A DNA stretch of 62,030 bases, filler included, from Choristocarpus tenellus KU-1152 (GCA_964200185.2; 9 parts of 9 records of this genome joined end to end with filler, not necessarily neighbours in it); one strand, 5' to 3'. Shown: positions 1 to 12,996, counted from the first letter of the whole stretch. Numbers and translations: made by a program. The notes: generated by a model not told the origin, from the sequence alone.

Positions 1-97
1 AAAAAAAAAGAGTTGCTTGACTGAAATAGACGCCCCCTCACAAACCACCCCCCCCCTCCCAGATACATTGACCCGTTCTGCTCACCGCAATGGTCAG

Positions 98-304
98 GTC
101 TGCCGCGATACAACCGACGCAATCTTTTACTACGCTCGGTTCGAACGCCTACTCAGGAGGGCTCTGGAGAGGAAAAAAATGCGGATTTTTACTCGACAAG
201 TCAAGGCAGCCAACAAGGTGAATGAAACCAATGTTGCAGTGGGGATGCGTTTTGAATCTAAGGGCGGACCCTCGCAAGTTGCTAGCGAGGAAATTTCTCG
301 ATGA
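98..304 (+). CDS. Probable terminal coding exon of an unidentified gene (upstream exons outside the window)
   Basis: Branch-like CTCAC at 81-85, acceptor TCAG ending at 97, then an open frame VCRDTTDAIFYYARFERLLRRALERKKMRIFTRQ...EEISR-stop. No recognisable domain. Confidence 0.45.
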   Translation, partial: VCRDTTDAIFYYARFERLLRRALERKKMRIFTRQVKAANKVNETNVAVGMRFESKGGPSQVASEEISR

Positions 305-969
305 CGGTAGTGTTTTGTCTATATCCATTGCTGTCAAATACACCCCCATACTATATATTAATTGTATTAACCCTCTCTACATGAAGGAGAAGGGCATATA
401 CCCTCAACGTGTGTTTTGATGGGACAACATGAGAAAAAAAAGCCGCTTCAAGAAATACACTCACAGACTATCGTTCTACTCTTTGAAATCGGGGTCGGCG
501 GAGCTGTTTTGTGGATCAACTAGGTACGCACACAAAAAACATGACCATGTGCTAGGATGTAGCATAACATTGTGATCCCGCAATATGCGTTTTACACCCA
601 GTACTCCGTACCACCTCCCAGACGCTTTTTCATGAACCTCAAGTAATTCTACTCCGAAGCATGTACGTACTTATCTTCTTACTGTGCACAACGTGTCAAG
701 CAAACAGTTCGCTGTATGCAGTGTGTGCGAGAATATCTGAGTGTCACAAGTAACCAAGGTCCTTTTTCGAGTAGGATCTGGGCGAGGCAGACTTGCAGGC
801 ATTTGTTAAACAGGATTCATGGTGCTCATGTTCATATCTATTCCTAAGGAAGGTTCGAAGTACTTTTAAAAATGGACTATGAACCATCAACAAAAATATT
901 CACACATGCCATGGGCTATGGAGAGCACACTCGATTCTAGTAACTATAACTCCTTTGAGGAACAGCACT

Positions 970-1226
970 AAGTTGAAGTAAGCGAGAGGTAGTCAGGGTT
1001 GCATTCTAAGGATGCTGACAAGTATGTGTAAATTTCGACTTATTATAGAAATTCGTGTCGGGAACTTTCTGATTCTGTCAAAAATGATTGAACAATTGAT
1101 AAATTTACGCTTTCAAATTGATCTTGGTACTGCATGTACAGAAACAAGAGTAAATTACAGACGATAAAAAAGTGGCATTAAATGCAAAACAGCAAAAACC
1201 TTGGTCCCTCTCGTTTACTTTCACTC
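970..1226. mobile_element. MITE-like non-autonomous element, family D (other copies ~3680-3940 and 16307-16547)
   Basis: Imperfect inverted termini AAGTTGAAGTAAGCGAGAGG ... CCTCTCGTTTACTTTCACTC; internal GTTGCATxCTAxGGATGCTGACAA block recurs near 16335 and in reverse near 3890-3910. Confidence 0.65.
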
Positions 1227-4200
1227 AGTATAACAGCACCAAATACGATTTAGAATTAATCCAACTACTGTTGCACATTGTCCATCAATACTTTGGTAAA
1301 GATCGGCCAAACATATGTCATTGCCGTCATTGAAGGAAATGAAGGTACTGAAATAGTTAGGAAGCAAAGCAAGGACTAGTGGGTGAGTCATATTTCTGAA
1401 TAATATAAAGGCTTGCGAATTATTATTTTCCTGTTTGTTGCACCTGCACAGTATGGAGGGAACTATGACTCCCTGTTAGAATCCCCAGACAGTCAGAGGA
1501 TACTTATCACAGGACCCGTTCACATACGTCTATCTTGACCTCAAACTTCCCTTGTCTGACCTTAAAACCTTAACCCTGACCCCAACCCTTACAGCAATAG
1601 CGCGCAAAATCAACACAAACGACTCATCTGGGAGATATGGACAACTAGAACGCTCCCTCACCTGCCAAAGTCACTTGCCCACCAGGACGATTGACTCTTT
1701 TTTGTCCCCTCCCTGTTACGCTTCTTGCAGTTCTGACAACTCCCACCCACCACCACCCTCTGCGTCTCTCCCTTGCCCCTTCCTTTTGCCCTTGGAATGG
1801 TGAAGGACCTGATAGACGATCATTTCAAGCCGCTTGACACCACCTTCCTCAAGTCTGTTTACGATTCGAGGAACATAAACGTGGAGCACCTTTCTCGCAT
1901 CTCTGGTCTGATTTGCGATGATCCCACAGATATTAGCCGTGCCAGTCTACACCTAGACCAGGTTAATCACTCTCTTAAGCCCCCAAGAGTTTCTTTTGTT
2001 AGTTTCTCTTCCAATAGTTCAGCAACCAAGAAATACACTCCACCAACTTGCTAACTACTCTCTGAGAACTGTGAAATAGACTGTATGGTGGAGGGATATC
2101 ATGGTAAGCTTATGTCGGGTTTGAATTCCATTTAGATATCAGAAAATAGTTACTTGCATGGATATGAACACACTAGCACGAAAACCAACACTTCCACTAT
2201 TTGATTCCACAACACGCCCTACATTTCATACAATGCAAGGGGGAAAATCGAAGATTTAGCTATACACCTTGCCAATCTATCCTCCAATTAGACTAACGGA
2301 ATAGTTTCCTAGTAGAGACGCAGATGGAGTAAGATAGCCAAACCATCAATGATTGGTATATATATTTTCAATTGCTTTGGTACAAAACTCGCTGTCTCAA
2401 ATTTATTTTTCCCTTTCCCTACATCACATCGTACCTCAATGCATTTCACTCTCTCCTCCCCCTTCAATGAGAGAAGTTGGCCTCATCATCGGGCTCAGAT
2501 TGCAGACGAACCATCCTGAGCACTGTTGTGCAGTCTCGCTTTGAGGAAGCACAGGAGATGCAGCAGTTGGTGGGTCCAGTGCAATTGCAGCCCTTTGTTC
2601 ATGCACACATGGACCTACCTCCTTGAGTCAATGCCAACTCCACACTTGACGTACCTGTATGTTGTTGCACTTGGACTACTATGCAAATTTCCAAAACTCG
2701 AACATACACATAGAGAGTAGGATTACAATGGTTACAGTATGCAATCGTAGTCCCAAGTAATTGGCCTACTCTATTTCTACTTAAACCAATGTTAGAGCCC
2801 TGAAATGTAGACCCGCAACGTGTGTCACTCAGCTCCTCCTGAAGATTCAGTAGACTTACGCAAGATTGGTCACGCCTATAGCATGATGAGCAATGCCTGA
2901 GTGAGTGGTTTTACTTCAAGGTGGACAACCTACTTCCAAGTAACTACGCAGTATATAGTATTCTTCTCTAGGGACTGTGCATATTGCTTGTGCCACCTGA
3001 CTTTTCCTAGCCACCATTGCAAGAGAGTCCCCCTTGTACTGCTTCTAGTGTACATATTATCTGGTGAGAAAAAGATCTCTTGCTCAATCTGACCTGCTTG
3101 TTGTGTGTGTATATGTATGTATGGTGTCCCCACCCATTGACTGTCGGAAAAAAACAAATATAGATACCCATGGCGACAACAGTGTCAGTGGCCGAGAGGA
3201 AAGCCCATGCGGAGCAGGCAGACATGCGAATGTGACTGTCATTCTACACGTTCGGAACTTTTCAGCAAGGCAAGTCGGAAGGATTGATATTCATTTCGAC
3301 TTGAAGCTTGTTTAGACATTAAACATTACACTTCTTGCCCATTGTCTTTGCTCCTCACCTCCCACTGCCGAGTACCCTCTTCTCATTCTTTGAAGGAAAG
3401 CCATCTATGTAGGTCGATATTGATTTACCCTTCCGATTTTGAAGGCCGCTTTGAACCTTCTTCAATCCACATCATGCCAATGCCCGAAATGCATAGCCCC
3501 TTTAAGAGGTGTACAACATAAAAAGAAGAGTATCTGTGAACACATTGCTAGTTAAAATATCTTTCTACAGTGCTCAGAACATATTAACCACAACTTAGTC
3601 GTAGGGGCCCTTAGAACTCAACGACACCCCCCTCATAGATGGTACCACTCTTTCTCCTTCCCACTCTTATTTCCTCTTCAGCCAAAGTAAACGGGAGGTA
3701 CCCAGGTTATGACCGTTTTGCATTTAATGTCTGCTTTTCAAACTTTTCCAATCCGCCCATAAGTCTATGGATGAAGTTCTAAGTTTGACTTGAGAAGGTT
3801 TACTTCTCTATTGTTTGAGGTTTTTCTGACACAAATCAGAAAAAATCATACACAGATTTGTAATAAAATACGAATTTTGCACATGTTTGTTAGCATCCTT
3901 TAAATGCAACTCCGGGTATGCTCTTGTTTACATTGACTTCTTATTGTGTAATCAAAAAAACATTCCCTGTGACTTGCCTACTATGGTATGCAGTATTGGT
4001 ATCTGGCAAAGTGCTGTGTATGGAATTGGAGAATACTGGATTACTTCATTGCTCCACGAAGACAAGAAACCCACAATCTGAGTGTCCCATTGGCTAGCAG
4101 GATTTAGATGTAATTTTGTACAAGATATCGTATGGAAAACCTGCCAGGGAAGTTCGATCTCCGTGTCACTATTGATTGCAAATGTTACGCTGTAGTGTAT

Positions 4201-6169
4201 CCATAGGTTGACTCTGACGATCAAATACATCTACGATGCTTTGAAATATTCCTTTTTTTTTCAGGTGTGGGGACCGATGCAAGCATGAAAAGGAAGGCTT
4301 CCAACAATAGAATAGTAGTATGTTTAATTAAGCCAACAGTGTGTCTTCATCATGCAACCATCTCTACAGCCCTTCCTTCCTGCAGTGATTTCACGTTTCA
4401 TACTATTTTCTTGTTATTGCTGAAATTTTTCGGACGCTTGTTATCAAAGAGAGAGGAGCAACACACAAGGGAACACATTGAAAAGCAAATAGAGTCTGCA
4501 TTGCCTCCAACAAAAGCCTTCCTATACAACCATTGTCGAACACTTCTCCAGAGTACAAGAGAAGAGGAAGCAGCTGCGTTCCTATATAACAACTCCAGTA
4601 TTACGTCCAAAAGCAAGGACCATATGATGCAACGGCTACTTTACCTTGCTTGGTATTCAATCACCACTATTCAAATGAGATTTTTGTAATACTGTTAACA
4701 ATCCCCCACCTCAGATGTGGCCATGCGGACTCCTCTTCGCCCTTATCCATACCATCAAGAGAATAACATCACTCTTTGGTGAAGACAGCAGCACTCCACT
4801 CCATGCTCAACATTCCATCATCCACCATCGGAGCCCATCCAACTCTATCATCCATCTTGCTTCAAAAGCTGATATTGTTGGGCTCTTACATGAGTTCAAG
4901 ACAAAGACCAAAAACTTGTTTGGTCCTTGGGTTTTCTTTTCAAGAGCAGCTTACGGGGTATACAGGGCTTGGAAAAGGCGTGCGCACCTTCCAGAGGTTG
5001 GGAAGGATGAGGTTCTCCTGTCCGAATCCAGTCTTGTCCAAACTGTGCAGTTGGCTCCTTTGTTTTCCAATGGTTTCTGATTGACTGAGACAAACCAGCT
5101 CCAACTGTTGAAACGGTGTAAGCGTGCTTGCTCTGTACCAGTGCAATACATTGATGGGTAGGTGGTACCAGGGTGTGCCGTTGATGTTGTTCTAGTTCAG
5201 TCTAGAGGATCAATACCTGAAATGGATATACTTCGTATAAATCAATTCCTACTGTATTTGTCTTCCATCTGAGTTGAATTGGGTGGTCTCATTTAATTGT
5301 TCTACTGATATACCCTACTTAAGGGCCGAGGCCAGGGCTCAACAGGAGAGTTCTATGATGGCCTGTTGTTCGCATTTTTGTGCAAGAAGACACACGTACT
5401 CTCCCCAAGCCTGTCAAGATGTACTTGTCTGACATGCTTCAAAAATTGTGGTCGAGAGTAGTACCTTTTTTGGTAGAGAGTTTTTTTTTTATGAAATGCA
5501 ACAAAAAAAATTCCTTCACCTCTGTTGCCTATCTTGGGTCGATATGTCATCATATCAACCAACAACGAGAACCATTTCCGAGCAAGATGTGTGAGGGTTG
5601 CCTGGGTTTTCACCTACCACACACACCCTTCCTGCATCAATGCCTCATGTGGTAACAACTGGCACTGCAATGCGCAGGGGTGTTCATGTGAGACTTGAGC
5701 CACTTTTATTTATAGCTGGACAACACATGTGATGTACACTCAGTCTAGGGCTTGGTGGGAGTTGACATCATCTCTCCCACAGAGTTTTTCCAAATCAAAC
5801 TACTCCATCTCACCACGTCCGGATATGCTTAGTGTCTTGTTACGGACCTTGGTGACCGGACTTGGAACCGCCACGAAGAATCTTCTCAAATCGTGAAACG
5901 TAGTCAAGTGACCAACACACTTGTTACGACAGTCACCAGTCAGTAGTCCTCACAGAGAATATCTCATCAAGCTTGTGGTTACATCTGAAATAATATTAAG
6001 TATTGCACTCCGCCACAGCATGTCATACTTCGATGAAGTGTTCAAGTTGGATGTTAAAAAACAGCCTGCACACTCCACAAAAAAATAAAAAATACATCAT
6101 TGAAGCAACTGCCACTGCTTCAATTTTTGGTGCACAATGCTTCGCTAACTAATGAAATATTCAACTTTA

Positions 6170-6453
6170 GAACATCATAGTGTCCTAGAGCGGGGGGATC
6201 AATAATCTATTCTGGGCTTGTGTGAACCTGTAGTGGTTTTCATGTCAATCTGAGCAAAACTTGCCAGATGTAAGGGCAATCCCCTTCATCTGAACGCACC
6301 TTCCTTTTCTATCCCCCTGTCCTGAACCAAATCCGAAGGAAAATCACCCGAAAAACGGGCATTAAACTGGGGTATCTTACAGCACCCCTGTCAAGCTCCG
6401 AATTTGGACAACCTGGTCTTAACACCCTCACCCTCTCTAAGATACTACGGGTC
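6170..6453. mobile_element. MITE-like element, family C (second, partial copy ~27742-27995)
   Basis: Termini CATAGTGTCCTAGAG ... CTCTCTAAGATACTACGGGTC are inverted repeats; the interior (GGAAAATCACCC, AAACTGGGGT) aligns by eye with 27742-27995. Confidence 0.7.
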
Positions 6454-6454
6454 A

Positions 6455-7750
6455 TTCAATTGCAACATGGAAAAGTGATCTTGAAAAGTGGTCAACTTAT
6501 GGCACCATGTAGTGCTCCAGCAATATCTGCATATTGAACATTGCGCCTATATCCACAAAACAGGTCCACGCAGTAATAGATTCATTCCTAGGAACCTAAG
6601 GTTGGGCAATCACAGAGGATTAATGAACACTGCAAACCGTGGACTACGCTCAGGCAATACAATGCTCATGTCTCTGTCCAATGCAGCAGAAAGATACATC
6701 ATTAATAGGGCACTAAACATTTGTTTGTACTTGGTTTTGTGCTGCACAATCACTCCACAACCTCGAAGAACTTTACAAGCTCCAAGCTGCCCATCGACCT
6801 GTAAATTGTTCTTACTACACCGGCAATTCTGATGTGTCTTGTAGGGATAGATTCCTCAGTTGATACTACCTCCCGATTATTCCCACAAACCCCTTCATTA
6901 AAAAGAGTTGAACTTACAGATTCAAACCCAGAACAATCCTATCGGAAAGCACAAGAGTACAGCAAGATATATACTTGAGCACAACCACTGCTTATGCCAC
7001 TTACTATTCTCTATATTCTCTATTGGAAATACAAGTACAAGTGCCATCTATCCCTCTCTGTTTGATATACCTTGGGTCTACACTCTTGAAATCTCCACAG
7101 TCTGACAGCGGATCAACTAATGACCAACAACACCTACATCCAAACACCCTGTCATTATTACACCATGTCATTCTCTCTCTCTACTGATAACACATTGGTC
7201 CTATGATCCCCACTGAAAGTTCACACGAATCAACCTAAACAGCAAGGAAAAGTGACTAAGAATTCCTACTTCAGCCTCTCAGGGCGAGCCAGCAAAAATA
7301 CTTCATAAAGTCTGCACAGAGAGATCTTGGCATACATCCAACAGCATGAGAAATCCCCTTGTCATAAATCTACTCAAAAGCACGTATCTATGTTGTTTTG
7401 GCACCACTGCAACTCTTCCAATCCTTTCTAGCAACCTCTGATCCCAAGCAATAGCCCCCCAAAGATAAAAAAAATCCAAAGCCCTAACAGACACTCTAGA
7501 GCAGCCAGGTCAAGGTATTACGGAAGACACATGTCTCTTCAACCACCCCCCCCTCCATTCCTCAAGCCTCATCAACAGCAACAAGATCCTGTCAAAGGAA
7601 CGTCATTGGCTTCATCTACCAACATTTATCTGACCTAGGGGGGAGCACAACAAAAATACCTTTCAGATGGGCCAATATCAAATAGACACAAACTCATTCA
7701 CCAAACAACCTCACCCACTGTACCAGGTGTAGAAAGAGTCAAGAGCAAGC
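6455..7750 (-). mobile_element. Heavily degraded LTR-retrotransposon pol remnant, probably Ty1/copia
   Basis: Minus-strand fragments such as LDFFYLWGAIAW...RYVLL and a NGGGVVEE stretch loosely resemble copia integrase core and C-terminal motifs; many stops and frameshifts. Confidence 0.35.
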
Positions 7751-7999
7751 AACAAAAAGAGACTTGGCCATAATGCTTTGATCACCTGCACAGTGCTGAG
7801 CAACTCTTTCAGCAGTGGTAGCGTACATACATACAACATAAACATGAAACAGTCGGCAACCAACAACCCCTCCCTTGTATCACCTAACCCTGAAAGACTC
7901 CATCAGATTTCAAAGGATTGATTGCTGTACCATCATTCACAGCAAGAGATGGGAAGGTGGAACCAGGGGCGTTTGGGGGGGGGTCATATCCACAAAGCA

Positions 8000-9713
8000 T
8001 CAATGGATTTGTGGATAATCCCTTGCAGGTATAAGCTGAGGTACAAGCTGCCCCTCCACACGCTGACGGACTCCGTTGCTGCAGCACACCTTCACAAGGA
8101 CAAAGTTACAGCACACCTGTCCCCCTTCACAGTCCCAGCTTGTCTCACAACCATTGGGGACATCAGTTAAAGGCCACCAACGCCTTTTATCGCTCTTTTT
8201 CTCCTGTGCTTTCTTTTTCTTTTTTTGTGACTCACCTTCTCTGCTTCCCTCCATCAATCCCCCCCTCTCTTCAATCACCTCACTTTCCTTGCTTTCATCA
8301 ATGGCCGCCCGGGAAGTCATCCCCCCTAGGGCTAGTATCAGCCCAACTGCTGCAACTACCCCCAAGAGCTCCAAGCCTGGTGGCTCAGGGCACCTCCCCG
8401 GAGCAGTAGTAAATGCTACAGCAAAAGCTACCAAGCCCTTCAATGCAATTCCTGAGGATACGCACAAGTTGGAAAGAAACCCACTGCCACTTGAATCATC
8501 CCAAACACCAGTGCTGCCACTATAACTCCTGGGATTCCTACATGCCAGGGAATTAACAGCTATCGAAATCTCTTCATGCGCGCCCTGGAGGGGATGCAGT
8601 GGGGGCCAGTGCAAAGAGGGAACGATATCAAAGAATGGTGTCAACCTTGCAGCGCCACCAGGGCAAGCAAGCCCGGGGCTGGCTGGCTGGCCAAGCCAGG
8701 CTGGCATATTGATCCATGCATGAGCGAAGGGAGGCTCGGCGGGAGTTCCATTGACGGAAATAGTCTCCAGATCGTGTCTTCGCACCATCCCTTGGTTATT
8801 GATGTGATAAACGCTAATGCCATCCACATGTCTTGGCATCTGGGTTGTGGTCTCAAACAAGAAGTGCCATTTGACCCGAACCTGCTGTCGTGACCAATCG
8901 TAGGACAGCTTGAAACTAGTTGAGACGTTGGTCAGCATCATTTTCCGGAAGAACCTCAGTGTGGCGAACAGTCGTTTATAGTTATTTATCCCGCTGAGCG
9001 CGACGCCCGACTGCGGACAAGAGGTGCGGCCAGGGTCAGTACAAAGACGCTACCCTCCCCAACACCCAATATAACTAAAATATCACTGGTTGAGCCACAT
9101 CTTTATCATGGAAACAAAGCGCTGGCACCCTTGGGTGTCTTTTCAAAGGAAAAGAAGAAACTGTGGTTAATGTGAGGGAATGACCTTGAGGGGAACTGCG
9201 TTTTTTCTGCGAGGATAATCACAACGATAGAGCAGTATACAATGGTCTCACCGGATCGTGAACAGTTATGTCGGGGGTGTAGATATCAAAGTCCAATGGG
9301 TCGTAGAATATGCGAGGGTAGTCCTGACGTAGGGTGTCCATGACCTTCCCCAAGTTCACCTCGAAGTCTTCACTTCGTCCATCTATCCTCCCTTTCCCCC
9401 TACCACTGGGAGGACCTCGCGTGTGAATCAGCCCAGTCTCCCCTTCGTAAACACCAAATGATGGGGATCGTGCAAAAGAGGTGAACACACCTTGTGATAA
9501 ATCCAACGCGCGGGTCGAGCGGGGTGCAAAACAGACTTTACGTTGCCCTAGAGTATCGATCATTGGTCTCCTGACACCATGCTGTGCCACTCTCCCTCCA
9601 CAAGAAGGCCTTAGATGTTTTACTGTTGTGATAGAACTAACAGAGAATCCATCAAGTAGGATACTCAGGAGCACCACATTCAAAGGGATCATCCACGTTA
9701 AAGAAGGCCTCAT
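8000..9713 (-). CDS. DUF2358 / SnoaL-NTF2-like protein, 2 exons (9713-9252, 9010-8000), ~490 aa, with signal peptide plus transit-peptide-like N-terminus and Cys-rich C-terminus
   Basis: Donor CCG|GTGAGA at 9252/9251 and acceptor CCGCAG|TCG at 9011/9010 join in frame to give FEVNLGKVMDTLRQDYPRIFYDPLDFDIYTPDITVHDP-SGVALSGINNYKRLFATLRFF...VRVKWH...DGISVYHINNQGMVRRHDLE, the motif series typical of DUF2358 proteins. An unseen intron inside exon 2 cannot be excluded. Confidence 0.85.
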
Positions 9714-9829
9714 GTACTTTTCAGTTATGACCTAAATCTCTGCAACCTTTGTCTAAACCCCATTATCTATATCAAAACCCTACAAGTTATATATTATGCT
9801 GACGTTTTGGAGATGTGAAAGTTTGTCAA

Positions 9830-9937
9830 GTAATCTGAGTTTTGTGGGCGGAAGAATTCTGGTTGGTTGGGGGCATGGGGCAAGGAAGGGGACAAGAAAG
9901 AAAAGAAGAATCAACAAAGAATGTACGAAGAGTTAAG
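9830..9937. repeat. Dispersed repeat end, shared with 29591-29695
   Basis: GTAATCTGAGTTTTGTGG(G/A)CGGAAGAATTCTGGTTGGTTGGGGGCA...GGCAAGGAAGGGGACA occurs at both loci with the same left boundary; the contig breaks inside it. Confidence 0.8.
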
Positions 9938-10037
9938 NNNNNNNNNNNNNNNNNNNNNNNNNNNNNNNNNNNNNNNNNNNNTTAATTAATTAANNNNNNN
10001 NNNNNNNNNNNNNNNNNNNNNNNNNNNNNNNNNNNNN
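9938..10037. other. Artificial contig spacer; identical spacers at 13937-14036, 20960-21059, 31248-31347, 38973-39072, 42925-43024, 51939-52038, 55302-55401
   Basis: 44 N + TTAATTAATTAA (stops in all six frames) + 44 N, exactly 100 bp each time. Confidence 0.99.
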
Positions 10038-11232
10038 CCGTATCATCCATGAGGTATGATAGCGCCTGCTGCACAATGACTGGGGTCGTTACGGGTAGGA
10101 AGGTAACAAAGTGTGTAAAGAAGGTTTCCAGAAACTTCCCCTCCATCATCCCTGGTAGGCCCGAGGCTACCGAGGGAGAAAACGGAGTTTTCCTGGGGAG
10201 AACATTGAAACCGGTAAATTGTTCATCTTTCCCGCCATCATCGTCTTCGCTCAGCAGAATTGCCTCCAGTTTTGATGCATCCTTCACTTCTGCATTGCGG
10301 TCAGAGTTGGTCTCAAGTGGCAGCTTCGGCAACGCTGGCGCCCACAAACCTTTTCCCATTCCCAGACCACGATCAAGCTTAGGATACGGGGGCACTAACT
10401 CAGGCATATCCAAGACAGCCTCATCTATAAGTCCGGCAGAGAATCTCGCCGCACTGTTCGTTGCCTCCGCTTGGACACCACGGAAAGCCCCTTCTGTACA
10501 CGGTACGGAAGGCCGAGGCTGATAGTTTAGGCATGCTTCAACCTTACTGGTCGCTTGTATAACAGGCGACGCGCTGTGTGAATCGATCTGCGAGGCATGA
10601 AGTACTGGACCTTTCGCGGACGTTTGGACATGCTGGTACTTGGAATCTGTGTTTGCCACAGGGCTTACACTTGAACAACATGTAACTGAACAAACTTTGG
10701 AGTCACCGCTCAGGTCGCTCATTTGAACACTGGCCCTTCCGGCCTCAGGTTCTTCCCGGCCAGAAACTTGGGGAATATAGTTGAGCCTACGAGATAATTT
10801 CGGCATCCCACTGTTTGCAGAGGAAAGGTTGGTCAGCGAAGGTCTTTTTAAACTATACATGCAATCCTCCATTCGCTGCGCGCAGTGCCTGCCAAGATGG
10901 TCCACATTGGGGTGAGGTGGGTGCGGAGGAAGTTAAAGGGTGAGAGATGAGGTTGTGAGGGTGAAAATAATTATGAACAACTAGTTCCTATTCCACTTTG
11001 ACCCTATTCACAACACGTACCGACAAGGTTTGATTCCATCACCGTCGCAGCGTCTTTTCTTAATGGTGCAATTTTTACAAGCTTTCCGGGTTCTCCGCGA
11101 TCCTGCGCCTCTATGGATCGAGATCACTCTCGCCATCAGGGGTACAGGCAACATGTTGTCGCGATCTGGAGGACGTTCTTGGTGTGAGATACCCTCCGTC
11201 CTCACTCCTGCTTCCTTGACCATCTTGTTCAT
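10038..11232 (-). CDS. Zn(II)2Cys6 (GAL4-type) zinc-cluster transcription factor, exons 11232-11021 and 10888-<10038, 3' truncated by contig end
   Basis: Phase-2 intron (CG|GTACGT ... TGGCAG|G) joins RRTRKACKNCTIKKRRCDGDGIKPCR to HCAQRMEDCMYSLKR, giving C-x2-C-x6-C-x7-C-x2-C-x6-C; downstream FLETFFTHFVTFLP resembles the start of the regulatory region of such factors. Confidence 0.9.
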
Positions 11233-12582
11233 CTTGCAAAGACTTTTGAAGTTCTAGTCTCTGGTCCTTCAGTATTTTTCTTGAAGTCACATGCCTGGCA
11301 CCTTCCTCTAAACGTGTGTGTTTACTGTTCGTCTCTGGTTGTCTTGATGGGGTCTAGGAACCCAGAACCCATTTATCTTCATTCTATCCTTCTAAGAAAT
11401 ATTTGAGAAGTGATACTTGCGTTAAGAGATCTACGGATCCTTAGTTCCAACACAAGTGAAATTCACTTCAAAAGCATGAGCTACCTATAATATATCCTCT
11501 ATATTAATTGTTCGTAGTGGAAATAAGTAAAGGTGGAGATATCTGATGCAACAGATGAATATTGGTCCCTCAAGAATATTCTTTGTTGCATGCTTCTTAA
11601 CTAAAGATATGGAACAATGATAACCTGAATGGATTGTGGAAGGGACACAAAGTGAACTATGGTGTGAGAGACATAATCGAACATTACTTGTGGTGAAATG
11701 GACTCAAATCTGCATTTTGGTTGGAGAGACACTGTATCTATACTTGAAATGGAAGTGGTGGATTGCATCTACAATGTGTCTTGCCGCTTGTAGTCATTAC
11801 TCCACATCCGCATTTACTCTCAAATCATTTGTTACACAATACGAGTGAAATGGACGCTTTGACAGGTCATTTTAGGTTCTTTTTTGGTCGATCGGCTAGT
11901 AGGAGAGGAGAGATGTCCTTCGATAGTGATTACGATATGTGACTGGTGGAAAAAGCAAAATTTCTTCATCCTAATAGGAGGAAAAGAGGATCGACAAGGT
12001 TCGAACCCCGCAATCTAACGTCTGAAAGTGGAATGATTACTATAAAGTTAGTATGGACCTCAAACAATTATCTAAACAAATATATTCCCTACAAATAGAC
12101 CCAAGAATAAGTATAAGCTGGGATGTATTACTGTTCAATACGTTAAGAAAACTTTGACTGATAGTGTAAATTAATATCAAATTGGTTCTGAGTTTGGAGA
12201 TTGAAGTGGAGGGTATATTTTGGAATATATATTATACTGGTGCCATATTTTGTTTCATCCAGATTAACAATGAGGTGTTTGTGGATGGCAAATAAAATGT
12301 CCCGTCTTGTTCCGATGTTTGTTTACTTAGACCTAAATTTGTTCTACTCGAAAGTAGAAACGTTGGAATAAAATATAATAAATGACTGTGACAAGAACGG
12401 ACACTAACTGGCTCTCTTTATAATGTTTCTAAGCATTGTTGATTTGTCCCAAGTGAATATAGAACTGTATATCCCTAACATACAAGGAAAATATCTTTGG
12501 GGTTATTTGATGACAGGAAATGGAATAACCATGTCTCAGAATGTCAATGTGATATGCAGTATTAAGAACTAGATAAAGATCA

Positions 12583-12792
12583 GTATGCTATAGCGAAAGC
12601 TTTGATTCTCTAAGTAAGGGATATGAAGATGCTGTTTTTACTCTTGGATACGTAGTTCCCGAACACAGAACTGATAATTTATCAGCAGCTTCAAAAAGCA
12701 TAGGTAACAAAAGAGTGTCTACTGATAAATGGAAAGAATTTATGCAACATGATTCGGTCACTCCATCTTTTAACAATCCAGGAAAAAGCAAT
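12583..12792 (+). pseudogene. Fragment resembling a bacterial IS21-family transposase (IstA, DDE core)
   Basis: Stop-free 70 codons: VCYSESFDSLSKGYEDAVFTLGYVVPEHRTDNLSAASKSIGNKRVSTDKWKEFMQHDSVTPSFNNPGKSN. The SESF...EHRTDNLSAA...NNPG series matches IstA as I recall it; no start codon or termini; AT-rich. Confidence 0.75.
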
Positions 12793-12872
12793 TACTATCT
12801 TGGTCATGTTCTAAAGTATGGTGAAAAATGCAGTTGGAATATACATTTTTGAGAAGATAGGTTACGAAGTAA

Positions 12873-12996
12873 TCTTGGACGATTTTTGGGTGATTTGGTT
12901 GCATGCATCGGATAGATAATTTAAATACACTTTTCCTGATTTTGGTCCAAATGGACACCGTGGTGTAGACCCCCCCCCCCCCAGATACTTTGGGTC
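12873..12996. mobile_element. Partial MITE family A copy
   Basis: GATTTGGTTGCATGCATCGGATAGATAAT...CCAAATGGACACC...GTAGACCCCCCCCCCCCCAGATACTTTGGGTC matches the right half of the copies at 58261 and 59142. Confidence 0.85.

Noticed and set aside
2150-2215. HENQHFHYLIP resembling an HUH relaxase or Rep motif
   Set aside because: Short, surrounded by stops and without other motifs; not supportable without a search.
4267-5655. Cluster of 90-140 aa ORFs
   Set aside because: No domains, splice signals or consistent frame; probably old transposon debris.
9938-10037. TTAATTAATTAA as a recurring biological motif, and gene clustering across it
   Set aside because: Artificial spacer flanked by Ns; neighbouring contigs are not necessarily linked.
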